This document shows, in pieces, positions 9,938 to 23,580 of a DNA stretch of 32,000 bases. The notes under the pieces were generated by a model. It ran no database searches. It worked only from the letters and a program-made list of their open reading frames with translations, and was not told the DNA's origin. The first letter of the stretch is position 1. The number at the start of each line of letters is the position of its first letter. This stretch comes from Synechocystis sp. PCC 6803 substr. PCC-P (lineage in GTDB: Bacteria > Cyanobacteriota > Cyanobacteriia > Cyanobacteriales > Microcystaceae). The DNA is taken from assembly GCF_000284455.1 (NCBI RefSeq), contig NC_017039.1:2430001-2462000 (forward strand), written 5' to 3'. Made by a program: the position numbers and the translations under genes.

Positions 9938-11134
9938 ATGACCCAGAATATTCTCCCTGCTCTCCTTGATCATATCCGCCAAAGTCCCCACCAGCGGCTC
10001 ACTTTTGCGGAGTTTATGGAGTGGGTGCTCTATCAACCTGATTATGGTTATTACAGTAGTGGTCAGGTGGACATTGCCATTCGCGGGGATTTTGTCACGG
10101 CGATCGCCTTGGGGGCCGATTTTGGCGAACTGCTGGCGGAGCAATTTTTGGAAATGTGGCAGCGGCTGGGGGAACCGGACCGCTTTGATCTTTTAGAATT
10201 GGGGGCTGGAACTGGAGCCTTTGCCCAAACAGTGTTGGCCCAGACCCAAAGACTGTATCCCGAATTTTTTGCCGCCTTACACTACCACATCATTGAGGAG
10301 TCCGCCGCCCTCCGCCGAAGGCAAGCCAATCTCTTAGAACCCTGGCGGGAAATGGGCAAAATCCAATGGCAAACTTGGCCAGAGTTGGCAAACGATAGCT
10401 TAGTAGGTTGTTGTTTTAGCAATGAATTTTTCGATGCCCTGCCCGTCCATCGAGTGGGCATCAAACAAGGGGTTTTGAAAGAGCAATATATTGAGGCGGG
10501 ATCAACGGATCTCACTAGCGTTTGGGACGACCTGTCCACTGACAAATTGGTAGATTACTTCGCTAGCTTTGGCTTGCAACTGACTTCTCCTCCCTACGGA
10601 GAAAATTATGAAACCGAAGTCAACCTAGCCGCCCAACAGGCTTTGGAAGAAATTGCTCGGGTTTTAGCCCAGGGATGGGTATTAACGGTGGATTATGGCC
10701 ATCCAGCGGGGAAATATTACCATCCCCAACGCACTGGAGGGACGCTGCAATGCTATTTCCAACAACGGCACCACGATAATCCCTTCGTCAATTTGGGGCA
10801 ACAGGACGTCACTGCCCATGTCAACTTCACTGCCTTGGAATGGTGGGGAGAATGCTATGGCCTGAATCGTTTGGATTTTAGCCAGCAGGGGCCTTTTTTA
10901 ATGAATCTTGGCCTTGGCGATCGCCTAGCGGATTTATCCAGTGGGCAGTATGATTTGAACGAAATTTTTTCCCGACGGGCCATTTTGCACCAGTTAATTG
11001 ATCCCAATGGCCTCGGTAAATTTGGGGTACTACTACAGGGTAAGAAGCTAAATATCTCGATGAAGGAGCCAACTCTGCGGGGTTTTAGGCCCCCAACAGC
11101 CTTGGAAATAGGCAATTTACCAATGGCGGGCTAA
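9938..11134 (+). CDS. SAM-dependent methyltransferase, MidA/NDUFAF7-type (PF02636-like)
   Basis: FAEFMEWVLYQPDYGYYSSG, DLLELGAGTGAFAQTVL, and GWVLTVDYGHPAGKYYHPQRTGGTLQCYFQQRHHDNPFVNLGQQDVTAHVNF. ATG at 9938 is preferred over the 9884 ORF opening. Confidence 0.85.
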   Translation: MTQNILPALLDHIRQSPHQRLTFAEFMEWVLYQPDYGYYSSGQVDIAIRGDFVTAIALGADFGELLAEQFLEMWQRLGEPDRFDLLELGAGTGAFAQTVLAQTQRLYPEFFAALHYHIIEESAALRRRQANLLEPWREMGKIQWQTWPELANDSLVGCCFSNEFFDALPVHRVGIKQGVLKEQYIEAGSTDLTSVWDDLSTDKLVDYFASFGLQLTSPPYGENYETEVNLAAQQALEEIARVLAQGWVLTVDYGHPAGKYYHPQRTGGTLQCYFQQRHHDNPFVNLGQQDVTAHVNFTALEWWGECYGLNRLDFSQQGPFLMNLGLGDRLADLSSGQYDLNEIFSRRAILHQLIDPNGLGKFGVLLQGKKLNISMKEPTLRGFRPPTALEIGNLPMAG

Positions 11135-11286
11135 ATCGTAAACTTACTAAAAGTAAGGATGTTAATTTATTAATTTAAAAGGACTGAAATTTACCCTTAA
11201 TAAATACCTTTTGATTCAGAATCGTTGAATCGCACTTATGTACGACCTAAAAATAGACAGAATAATCCTACAGCAAAGCAAATTCA

Positions 11287-11752
11287 TCACCTTAGTGCTA
11301 ACTCCCTTAGCCAGTGTACATAGCTTATTTTTTCACACATGAAAGCCTGTAAATAACGTAGTTTGTCTAACATTGTTGTACCTGCTTCTTTTGGGATTAC
11401 CAGTAATTTTAGTATTAAATAAGCAATTATACAGGTATAGATTTGAATCCCAATTGCATTCTCATTTTTGGCAATCAGTCTATTCAGCTTTAAGTGCATT
11501 TTTAAGAATTTCCATAACAATTCTATTTGCCATCTTTTTTTATAAATTTCTGCTATTTTTTCATCACTAACTCCTTCTATTTCTTTACTTTCTATAGGTA
11601 AATTTGTAACCAATCTAAACTCTGAATTATCATGGGTGAATATTACCACTCTACTCTCTATTTTATTCTTTCCAGTTCCAACCATATAGTTATCATTGGC
11701 TAATTTTTCTAGCTTTATATTATTCTTTATTCTTAATACATGATATTTGTTA
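11287..11752 (-). pseudogene. IS4-family transposase, C-terminal part
   Basis: Y-R-E-K signature YKKRWQIELLWKFLK. The frame continues upstream through NKYHVLRIKNNIKLEKLANDNYMVGTG to the ISY100 junction. Confidence 0.85.
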
Positions 11753-12699
11753 TAGTCATTTCAATTAACGATGAGAGAATTTAATGTAAAATTATGGAGT
11801 GTACAAAATGAACAGGTTTAAACAATGGCTTACAGTTTAGATTTAAGGCAAAGGGTAGTAGCTTATATAGAAGCTGGAGGAAAAATAACTGAGGCTTCCA
11901 AGATATATAAAATAGGAAAAGCCTCGATATACAGATGGTTAAATAGAGTAGATTTAAGCCCAACAAAAGTAGAGCGTCGCCATAGGAAATTAGACTGGGA
12001 AGCTCTAAAAAAAGACGTAGAAGAAAATCCCGATGCAAGATTGATAGACAGAGCCAAGAAATTTGGAGTGAGGCCGAGTGCCGTATATTACGCATTAAAG
12101 AAAATGAAAATAAACAGAAAAAAAAAAGAACTACGTTATCGAGAAAGAAACCGGGAGGAACGAGTTAAGTACTATAGAATGTTAAGAGAACTAATTAAGC
12201 TCTATGGTAGTCAAGCTATAGTTTACATAGATGAATCTGGATTCGAAGCAATCCAGGCTTGTATTTATGCCTGGTCAAAAAAAGGAAAAAAAGTTTATGA
12301 AGATAGACAAGGAAAAAGGGGAGTCAGAGAAAATCTAGTAGCAGGGAGAAGAAAAGGAAAAAAAGATTTGATTGCGCCGATGGTTTTTACCGGGAGTTTG
12401 AATGCAGAAGGCTTTGAAGGATGGTTAAAATTATATTTGCTACCCTCCCTCGACATTCCATCAATATTAATAATGGATAATGCTCCTATTCATCGTAAAA
12501 CTGCCATTAAAGAATTGGCTAAAGAAGCAGGTCATGAAGTTCTTTTTTTGCCGAAATATTCTCCTGATTTAAATGATATTGAGCATGACTTTAGTGCCTT
12601 GAAACGAGCTAGAATGTACGCTCCTATTGACACGTCTCTTGATGAAATTATCCGTTCTTACTGTGGCGTTTAGCGTCTCAGCTTTATTTGAAACTACTA
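11753..12699 (+). mobile_element. ISY100 (IS630/Tc1-mariner type), complete, 947 bp
   Basis: Terminal inverted repeats TAGTCATTTCAATTAACGATGAGA (11753-11776) and reverse complement of 12676-12699 TAGTAGTTTCAAATAAAGCTGAGA (19/24 identical). TA duplications at 11751-11752 and 12700-12701. It encloses a 282-aa mariner-like transposase. Confidence 0.95.
11825..12673 (+). CDS. IS630/Tc1-mariner family transposase (ISY100)
   Basis: Helix-turn-helix N terminus MAYSLDLRQRVVAYIEAGGKITEASKIYKIGKASIYRWL, then DDE elements VYIDESGFE, ILIMDNAPIH and PKYSPDLNDIEHDFSALK. Confidence 0.97.
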   Translation: MAYSLDLRQRVVAYIEAGGKITEASKIYKIGKASIYRWLNRVDLSPTKVERRHRKLDWEALKKDVEENPDARLIDRAKKFGVRPSAVYYALKKMKINRKKKELRYRERNREERVKYYRMLRELIKLYGSQAIVYIDESGFEAIQACIYAWSKKGKKVYEDRQGKRGVRENLVAGRRKGKKDLIAPMVFTGSLNAEGFEGWLKLYLLPSLDIPSILIMDNAPIHRKTAIKELAKEAGHEVLFLPKYSPDLNDIEHDFSALKRARMYAPIDTSLDEIIRSYCGV

Positions 12700-12701
12700 T
12701 A

Positions 12702-13252
12702 TTCTCCTTTTGTAATCTCTTGATTCTCTGTAAGTCACAAAATCCTCTATCCATTACTGCTACTCCATTTTCTGGAGTCTCTTCTATTGTTTCATTCCCA
12801 TATTTATTATCATGACCTTGTCCAAAGTGAATTACTATTCCCCCCGGAATCCCTGTTGATAAGTTAATCCCACTGAATACTTTTACCTGATGAAATCCAA
12901 GGTTCCACATCAACTTACTAGTTATGCTGACAATGGTTGAATCGAGAGGAAATATTTCTAATTCTCCCTGCTTAATTTCCTTCCTTTTCGACAATTCCTT
13001 TTTTAAGGAAAATATTATTTCTCTAAAAACTCCCACATCCCTTTTTTTGCTTGCCTTTGAGAATGTAGATATATCGACTGTCTCTCCTCGTAAGTTCAGT
13101 CTTTTAAACATACTCCTCATGCTTGTCTGGCTCTGGTCTAACACTAATCCTAACCAGATACTCACAAACTTAAATGTGTCTAATACTGGGTAGTCATCTT
13201 TAGGAAAATTAGATAGATAAGTTTTGACAATATGTCCAAAATTTGATATCAT
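12702..13252 (-). pseudogene. IS4-family transposase, N-terminal part
   Basis: MISNFGHIVKTYLSNF...FPLDSTIVSITSKLMW...VAVMDRGFCDLQRIKRLQKEN, truncated by the ISY100 insertion. The ORF-track tail beyond this is read-through into ISY100. Confidence 0.85.
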
Positions 13253-13369
13253 CTCTTCAATTATTCTAATATTTCTGCCCTTTATTCTATCATTTTAAAG
13301 GGCTTTTTTTCTCTTTATAACTATCGTTCAACACTTCTGATTTCATACAACTGATGAGTTCAACAGAAA

Positions 13370-14115
13370 TTGGACATGAAAATAGATTATAAATTAACTC
13401 TCTTATTGTTTTGTTTATGTGTACCGGGTGTAATCGCTAGTTCATTTTTAATGTTGTCTTTAGTTGTCGATTCAACTGCAATTCCTGTATCTTTACAAAC
13501 TCTGCAAATTGCAAATCTGATCCAAGGAGCATTGTTTGTTTTACTAGCAGCAACATTGGGTTCAATACTAACTAAAAGGGTTGGACTATGCTCACCAACG
13601 CTCTCTGCCCTTCTCAACCATGGCAGGGTTATTCATGCGTTCTATCCTCAACTTATCTCCGGGCTAGTAGGTGGATTAATAGGTGTAGCGTGTAGCCATT
13701 ATCATTGGTTTTCACTTTCTTTCGCCCCCTCCACTGGCTAATACCCAAGCTCTCCTATTACCTCCCATAGCTGTCAGAATCATCTACGGAGGCATCACCG
13801 AGGAAATCCTGATCCACTGGGGAATTATGACTTTGATTGTGCGGGCCAGCTGACGACTGATTCAAAAAGGAAAACCCAATAATATTGTCATGGGATTGAC
13901 AATTGGAATTAGTGCAGTATTATTTGGACTTTCCCAGCTCCCATTGGCCATCAATTCCGTTACTCCCTTAATCAACGGCAATAATTGTCTATATAGTGGC
14001 AGGAAATACAATGTTTGGTGTCATGGCAGGCTACCTTTTTTTGTGCTATGGTTTCGAGTCTACCATCATCGCCCACGTATTTTCCCATATCGGCTCATAT
14101 CTAATACTTGGCTAG
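13370..14115 (+). pseudogene. Decayed CPBP-family (CAAX/Abi-like) intramembrane metalloprotease
   Basis: Membrane N terminus (13370-13741), then a shifted frame with IYGGITEEILIHWGIMTLIVRAS* and RLIQKGKPNNIVMGLTIGISAVLFGLSQLP, then a third frame IIVYIVAGNTMFGVMAGYLFLCYGFESTIIAHVFSHIGSYLILG*. This gives two frameshifts and one in-frame TGA (13851-13853). Confidence 0.75.
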
Positions 14116-14220
14116 GAGAGTCTGACCATAATTGTTAATGGAAATATTATACGTTTTCACCCCAAGCCAGTTGATTTTTATTAATCAACTATAGGGGATC
14201 AAATGATAGCCTCTCCTCTT

Positions 14221-15165
14221 TTAGAAGCCCTTAAGACTAGGATTTTGGGCTAATTTTTGAATTTCATCCACTACCGCATTGTTTTCATGGTTAAGCTGAA
14301 CCACCAATGCCCGAGATAGCTGATCTTGTTTTTGTAGGGCCATTGCGTAGTATTGCTGAGCCTGTTGAAGCTTGCCTAAATCCATACTGCGGCGTCCTTC
14401 ATTACGTAAAAACTGCCCTTTCAAGTATTGCAATTCCGGATTGTCTGGGGTGATAGCCAGCGCCCGGTCAATATTAGCCATGGCAAGGTCATACTTTTCC
14501 AAATCTCGGTAGGTAGTGGCTAGGGCACGGTAACGGAGATAGTCAGGTGCCGCATACTGCTCAAAGCGACTAATTACCTGTTCCGATTGGCTAAAGGGAG
14601 TATAACGGGACAAAAACAGATCTAAGTAACCCCGCAAAAGGTTAAGTTCCGGATCATTGGGATTAATGGCGGATGCTTTGTCTAGGTGTTCGAATACCGT
14701 ACCTGTTTTACCTACAGCTTGTAAGTAACTGCCCTTTTTTAGCAGATAACTACCCTCCAAAAAATGACCCACAGCAATGTATAGGTTACCCCGTAAGGGA
14801 TCGCTGGGGGCCAAGCGCTGGGCCGACTCTAGGGTTTGCTGGGCGTACTTCCTCATTCCTTCCATATCATTAGCGTCATAGGCAAAAGAAGCCTGCATGG
14901 CATAAACCAAAGGCTCATTAGGTTCAGCTTGAATCGCCCCAGCCAAAATTTCCTCTGCCCCCCGATAGTTCCCATCACGAAAAATGGCTTCAAAGGCAGC
15001 TTCTGTTTGGTCGCCAATATTGTGGGGATTGTTAGGGCGAAAGGGATCCCCTGCCCAGGCAGTACCACCAGCTATTAGGACTCCTAATATAGATTGGGTA
15101 AAAATTTGGGCCCAACGATTACGAATTAAATTCATCGGAGTAAAACGGGTGAGGAAAACCAACAT
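14221..15165 (-). CDS. Tetratricopeptide-repeat protein
   Basis: TPR-like units, e.g. ALATTYRDLEKYDLAMANIDRALAITPDNPELQYLKGQFLRN and AMALQKQDQ, in a 314-aa ORF with a hydrophobic N terminus. Confidence 0.75.
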   Translation of the reverse strand: MLVFLTRFTPMNLIRNRWAQIFTQSILGVLIAGGTAWAGDPFRPNNPHNIGDQTEAAFEAIFRDGNYRGAEEILAGAIQAEPNEPLVYAMQASFAYDANDMEGMRKYAQQTLESAQRLAPSDPLRGNLYIAVGHFLEGSYLLKKGSYLQAVGKTGTVFEHLDKASAINPNDPELNLLRGYLDLFLSRYTPFSQSEQVISRFEQYAAPDYLRYRALATTYRDLEKYDLAMANIDRALAITPDNPELQYLKGQFLRNEGRRSMDLGKLQQAQQYYAMALQKQDQLSRALVVQLNHENNAVVDEIQKLAQNPSLKGF

Positions 15166-15316
15166 AATCGATTGTATCTACAGTGAGAATCAGAAAGAGC
15201 ACTGGCAAAACCAAGAAAATTAGGCCGATCAAGCTAAAATTCTAAGGAATTGTGATTGCCATAATATCCAGCTTTTGGCGGAACTGGCAGGGAGACTGCG
15301 TTTCAACTTTATCAAT

Positions 15317-15949
15317 ATGCTGTGTTTAAACGACGTTTGCTACCATCCGCCCGCCGCATTGCATCCCATTCTAAAAGATATCAATTTAGAATTAGCTCCC
15401 CAACAACTCGGTTTGATAATTGGCCCTAGTGGCTCTGGTAAAACCACTCTGTTAGAAATCCTTTCCGGCCTGGCAGAACCGACCAGCGGTCATATCCGTT
15501 GGCAAACCCAGGAGTTAACTCCTCTCCACCTCCAGCAGCTCTGTGGTTTAGTGTTCCAGTTCCCAGAGCGTCATTTCTGCGGTGGCACCCTGCTAGAGGA
15601 ATTGCGTTTGGGACATCCGGAGCTTCCCCGCAGCCGCATTGCAGAGACCCTACAAGAGGTTGGTCTGGGTCATTGCCCTTGGAATCTTTCACCCCAAGCC
15701 CTCAGTGGTGGCCAACAAAGACGGTTGTCCTTAGCCGTGCAATTAATTCGCCAACCCAATATTCTTCTCCTCGATGAACCTACCGCAGGCCTAGATTGGT
15801 CGATGCGTCAACAATTAGCCAATCTACTAATCAAATTAAAAGACCATTGGGGACTTCTTGTTGTGACCCATGATCCAGGAGAACTAACGGCGATCGCCGA
15901 CCAATGTTGGCGTTTAGAAAGAGGCAGCTTAACTCCCCAAAACCCCTGA
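15317..15949 (+). CDS. ABC transporter ATP-binding protein
   Basis: Walker A GPSGSGKTT, signature LSGGQQRR, Walker B NILLLDEPTAGLD, H-loop VVTHD. ATG at 15317 is preferred to the upstream TTG opening at 15275. Confidence 0.9.
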   Translation: MLCLNDVCYHPPAALHPILKDINLELAPQQLGLIIGPSGSGKTTLLEILSGLAEPTSGHIRWQTQELTPLHLQQLCGLVFQFPERHFCGGTLLEELRLGHPELPRSRIAETLQEVGLGHCPWNLSPQALSGGQQRRLSLAVQLIRQPNILLLDEPTAGLDWSMRQQLANLLIKLKDHWGLLVVTHDPGELTAIADQCWRLERGSLTPQNP

Positions 15950-16047
15950 AATATAGCAGGAAAAACAAAAACTCCCTCGGCTATACGAAAACCGAAGAAG
16001 TTCTTAGAAAATGAAAGTATATTTCTAATCTCAGTGCCAACAATCGA

Positions 16048-16230
16048 CTAACGACGACGGGAACGCTGTCTTCTGCGGGTTGCTTCCTTGCGTTTATGCT
16101 TTTCTTGCGGCGTTTCAAAAAATTGATGCTTTTTGAAATCTGTATAGATGCCAGCCTTAGCGACCTGACGCTTAAAGCGGCGTAGCGCGGATTCAATTGG
16201 TTCGTTTTGACCTACAACAACTTGAGTCAT
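16048..16230 (-). CDS. rpsU: 30S ribosomal protein S21
   Basis: [60 protein letters not shown]. Confidence 0.95.
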   Translation of the reverse strand: MTQVVVGQNEPIESALRRFKRQVAKAGIYTDFKKHQFFETPQEKHKRKEATRRRQRSRRR

Positions 16231-16472
16231 CTGAGAGTTTTAAACCTCCTGGGTTAACAACAAAAGGGAGCTAGGGGAATAAATATCCGAAAATTTCTAC
16301 AAAGCCCACATTAGACTTCTACCAATTCTATCATTCCCCCCGTTGACAATCTCCATTAGTCCAAGCCAGAGAAAATATTATCGCCATTTCCCGGACTATA
16401 ATTTTGAACCTGACTTTAATATGGCCAAAAGCTCCCCAAGTAAAATGGAGAGCTTCAGATCAAAGAAAGAGG

Positions 16473-16591
16473 AACTTGGCATCGGACTATTGTGCCGTGG
16501 GGCAACCCCCAGAGTATCGTCGCCGCTGTCACATTTCACAACCGAGTGCGGGATGGGATCGGAGTGGTTCCATGACGCTAAAGACACCAAG
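16473..16591 (-). rRNA. rrf: 5S ribosomal RNA (boundaries approximate)
   Basis: Reverse complement CTTGGTGTCTTTAGCGTCATGGAACCACTCCGATCCCATCCCGCACTCGGTTGTGAAA..., located just after the 23S. Confidence 0.9.
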
Positions 16592-16663
16592 AAAGATTTT
16601 TGGGTTTTGCTGAGAAGAAACCCAGAAGACTGCACAAGAAAAGAGAAAGAAAAATGAAGAATA

Positions 16664-19545
<2,882 letters not shown>

Positions 19546-19690
19546 CCTTTTTAAGATCTTCTTTTTGCTAACTAGGATCATCTTTCCCCCTACCTTCACC
19601 GCCCTTCAGTCTCACACTCAGCCAAAAGCCTTGTGGTTAACATCAAAACGGTTAGGAAGAGCAAGATTTTCCCTGCTTTCTCTTTTCTTT

Positions 19691-19708
19691 ATGCAGTTTT
19701 CAAGGTCC
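19691..19708 (-). promoter_or_regulatory. BoxA-like antitermination element in the 16S-23S spacer
   Basis: Reverse complement GGACCTTGAAAACTGCAT matches the conserved cyanobacterial ITS boxA region (GAACCTTGAAAACTGCAT). Confidence 0.65.
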
Positions 19709-19796
19709 TTACTGGACTTACATCCAGCATTCCCTCTGACTCTCATCAGACAGGATGCTGAAGGGTTTATCCTTCTCTTTGGCTTTTTTGGTTAGG

Positions 19797-19870
<74 letters not shown>

Positions 19871-20010
19871 TTGCCTTTTACCTCGCCTAGGCAATAGTTT
19901 GAAAGACTTCTACTCTTTAACCTCTCGGTTAATCCCTTGCTCGACCTTTTGGTTGACCAACTTCTCTCTATTTGCACTTTGCTTTCAAGATGAAGGGGTA
20001 AAGGTCTCCC

Positions 20011-21499
<1,489 letters not shown>

Positions 21500-21701
21500 G
21501 TGTTAAAAATAACCAATTTATAAGTTTCGGCTCTTTTCTATTGCTATTTCTTCCGACTTGAGTTACACTCTTTGTCAAGTAGAAACAGACTTTGGTTTGT
21601 TAATTGAATTAACAAGGGTCTGGTTTCTGTCTCTCAAACTATTTCTTTGTCTAGGTTCGGGGCGCTTTCGAGTCGCTTTCGCTCTCAACCGCGCATTTAT
21701 C

Positions 21702-21730
21702 AATATACGGAATACCGCAAGAAAAGTCAA
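21702..21730 (-). promoter_or_regulatory. Predicted sigma70-type rRNA operon promoter
   Basis: Minus strand TTGACT (21730-21725), 17-nt spacer TTTCTTGCGGTATTCCG, TATATT (21707-21702); about 200 nt upstream of the 16S 5' end. Confidence 0.75.
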
Positions 21731-21912
21731 CACCTTTTCACAAAATATTTTTCAAAATCCCTGAATCACAGTCATAGTAACGGCTTCAACCATAGAAAAA
21801 AACTTCGCTCGACACCGGTAACTCCCCTTTCCCATTCCTCAGAACTATCTGCTCCCCCCTCTGCACCTCCTCCGTCCGATAATGGGGAAGTCGTTTTTGT
21901 GGGTTTAGATTA

Positions 21913-22908
21913 ATGGAAAACAATTCTCTGGCACCTTTGCGGGTTGGCATTCTCGGTTTTGGTGGTTTGGGGCAAGCGGCAGCTAGGTTGTTGGCACCCA
22001 AGCAGGAGATGAAGTTGGTGGCTGTGGCCGATCGCCATGGGTATCTATATGATGCGGACGGCATTGATGTGGATAATGCGGTGCAGGCTTATACCCAGCA
22101 AGGTTCCGTGGGTAAGGCCAAGAAGGGACAGATGAGTGAGCAAAGCATTGAAGATTTAATTGGTGAGGGGGAAGTAGATGGCTACTTTCTGGCGTTACCG
22201 AATTTGCCCAATACTTTCATGGCGGATGTGACTCGGCAATTCATCGCCTCTGGCTGGCAAGGGGTATTGGTGGATGCGCTCAAGCGGACCAGTGCGGTGG
22301 AGCAGTTAATAACATTGCGGGAGGATCTAGCCCAAGCAGGTATTACTTATATGACGGGTTGTGGAGCGACTCCCGGTTTATTGACGGCGGCGGCGGCGAT
22401 CGCCTCCCAGAGTTTTCAGGAAATTCATCAGGTAAAAATTACTTTTGGGGTGGGCATTGCTAATTGGGAAGCTTACCGGGCCACCATTCGGGAAGACATT
22501 GCTCACATGCCCGGGTACAACGTCGATAAAGCCCAAGCCATGACGGATGCGGAGGTGGCGGCTCTGTTGGATCAAACCAATGGCATTTTGGCTTTGGAAG
22601 ATATGGAACATGCTGATGACATCATGTTGGAGTTGGCGGGCATCTGTCACCGAGACCAAGTAACGGTGGGGGGCGTGGTGGATACCCGTAATCCGAAGAA
22701 ACCGTTGAGTACCCACGTAAAAATCACCGGCAGAACCTTTGAAGGGAAGATTTCTAGCCATACCTTTACCCTGGGGGATGAAACCAGCATGGCGGCCAAT
22801 GTTTGCGGCCCGGCCTTTGGTTATTTGAAAGCGGGTTATGGGTTACATCGTCAGGGTTTAAAGGGTTTATTTACAGCAGCGGATGTGATGCCCAAATTTG
22901 TGCGTTAA
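21913..22908 (+). CDS. Saccharopine dehydrogenase-like NAD(P)-binding oxidoreductase
   Basis: Rossmann motif [33 protein letters not shown]; 331-aa complete ORF with [31 protein letters not shown]. Confidence 0.75.
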
Positions 22909-22946
22909 TCTATCAACGTTGTTCAATCGGTTCAGGTAAACTATCT

Positions 22947-23537
22947 ATGACTAGACCAATTTCCCTGGGCTTAGGAAAAATAGCGGGACTGGCGATCGCC
23001 TCTGGGCTAGTTTTAACCCAGTCCTACGGAAGTTTTGGGCCAGAGATGTCCATTGCTGAAGCGGGGGAATTACCGGGGGGAGTGCGTTTTTTTAGTCGTC
23101 CTCCCCAGTTGGTGGATAGTGTTACCACCTTCAATGCGGTGTCAATTCCGGCGGCGAAGTATTATTTCACTATTTCTCTGCCGGAACAGGCCGGTGAACC
23201 CCTCGACAGAGTTGTTTTTCAACAGCAACCTAACCCAGACCCAATTAATTTTTACCCGGAACAAACCTTTGCTTTTCTTGGCGATCGCCACAATCGGGGG
23301 TTCCAAGTTGCTCTGGAGTCGGTGGATTGGGACAGAGATACGGGAAAAATCACTGTAACTTTTGCCCAAACCATTTCCCCTGGGGAAACTGTCACCATTG
23401 GGCTAAAGCCCTGGAAGAATCCCGATGTGCCTGGAGTCTACCAATTTCGAGTTTTTGCCTTACCACCGGGGGAAAATTCCCAAGCCATGGATTTGGGGGT
23501 AGCCAGGTTTCAATTTTATCGGGGTGGAACCTGGTAA
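22947..23537 (+). CDS. DUF2808-like secreted protein
   Basis: Signal-peptide-like N terminus (MTRPISLGLGKIAGLAIASGLVLTQSYGSFG), then ...YYFTISLPEQAGEPLDRVVFQQ...AFLGDRHNRG...; ATG at 22947 fits a secreted protein better than the ORF opening at 22803. Confidence 0.65.
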   Translation: MTRPISLGLGKIAGLAIASGLVLTQSYGSFGPEMSIAEAGELPGGVRFFSRPPQLVDSVTTFNAVSIPAAKYYFTISLPEQAGEPLDRVVFQQQPNPDPINFYPEQTFAFLGDRHNRGFQVALESVDWDRDTGKITVTFAQTISPGETVTIGLKPWKNPDVPGVYQFRVFALPPGENSQAMDLGVARFQFYRGGTW

Positions 23538-23580
23538 CCGGGACATTGCCGGTCAACTATTCAGACATTGAGTGGGAATT

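Larger units (their letters stand above)
11287..13252 (-). mobile_element. Remnant of an IS4-family element (possibly ISY203-type) interrupted by ISY100; outer ends not resolved, span given is the coding region only
   Basis: The two minus-strand halves of one transposase lie on either side of the 947-bp ISY100. Removing ISY100 plus one TA restores a single frame. Confidence 0.85.

Noticed and set aside
11135-11286. Attempted left boundary and terminal repeat of the IS4-family element
   Set aside because: Only weak, degenerate similarity (AAAAATAGACAGAATAA versus reverse-complement AAAATGATAGAATAA near 13284-13298) was seen, without a convincing target duplication, so no outer boundary is claimed.
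12569-12701. C-terminal tail of ORF 12569-13252 (VVSNKAETLNATVRTDNFIKRRV...)
   Set aside because: This is read-through into the antisense strand of ISY100, not a genuine transposase C terminus.
21647-21913. Plus-strand 87-aa ORF upstream of the oxidoreductase
   Set aside because: It runs through the inferred rRNA promoter and leader region, has no recognisable family features and is probably fortuitous.
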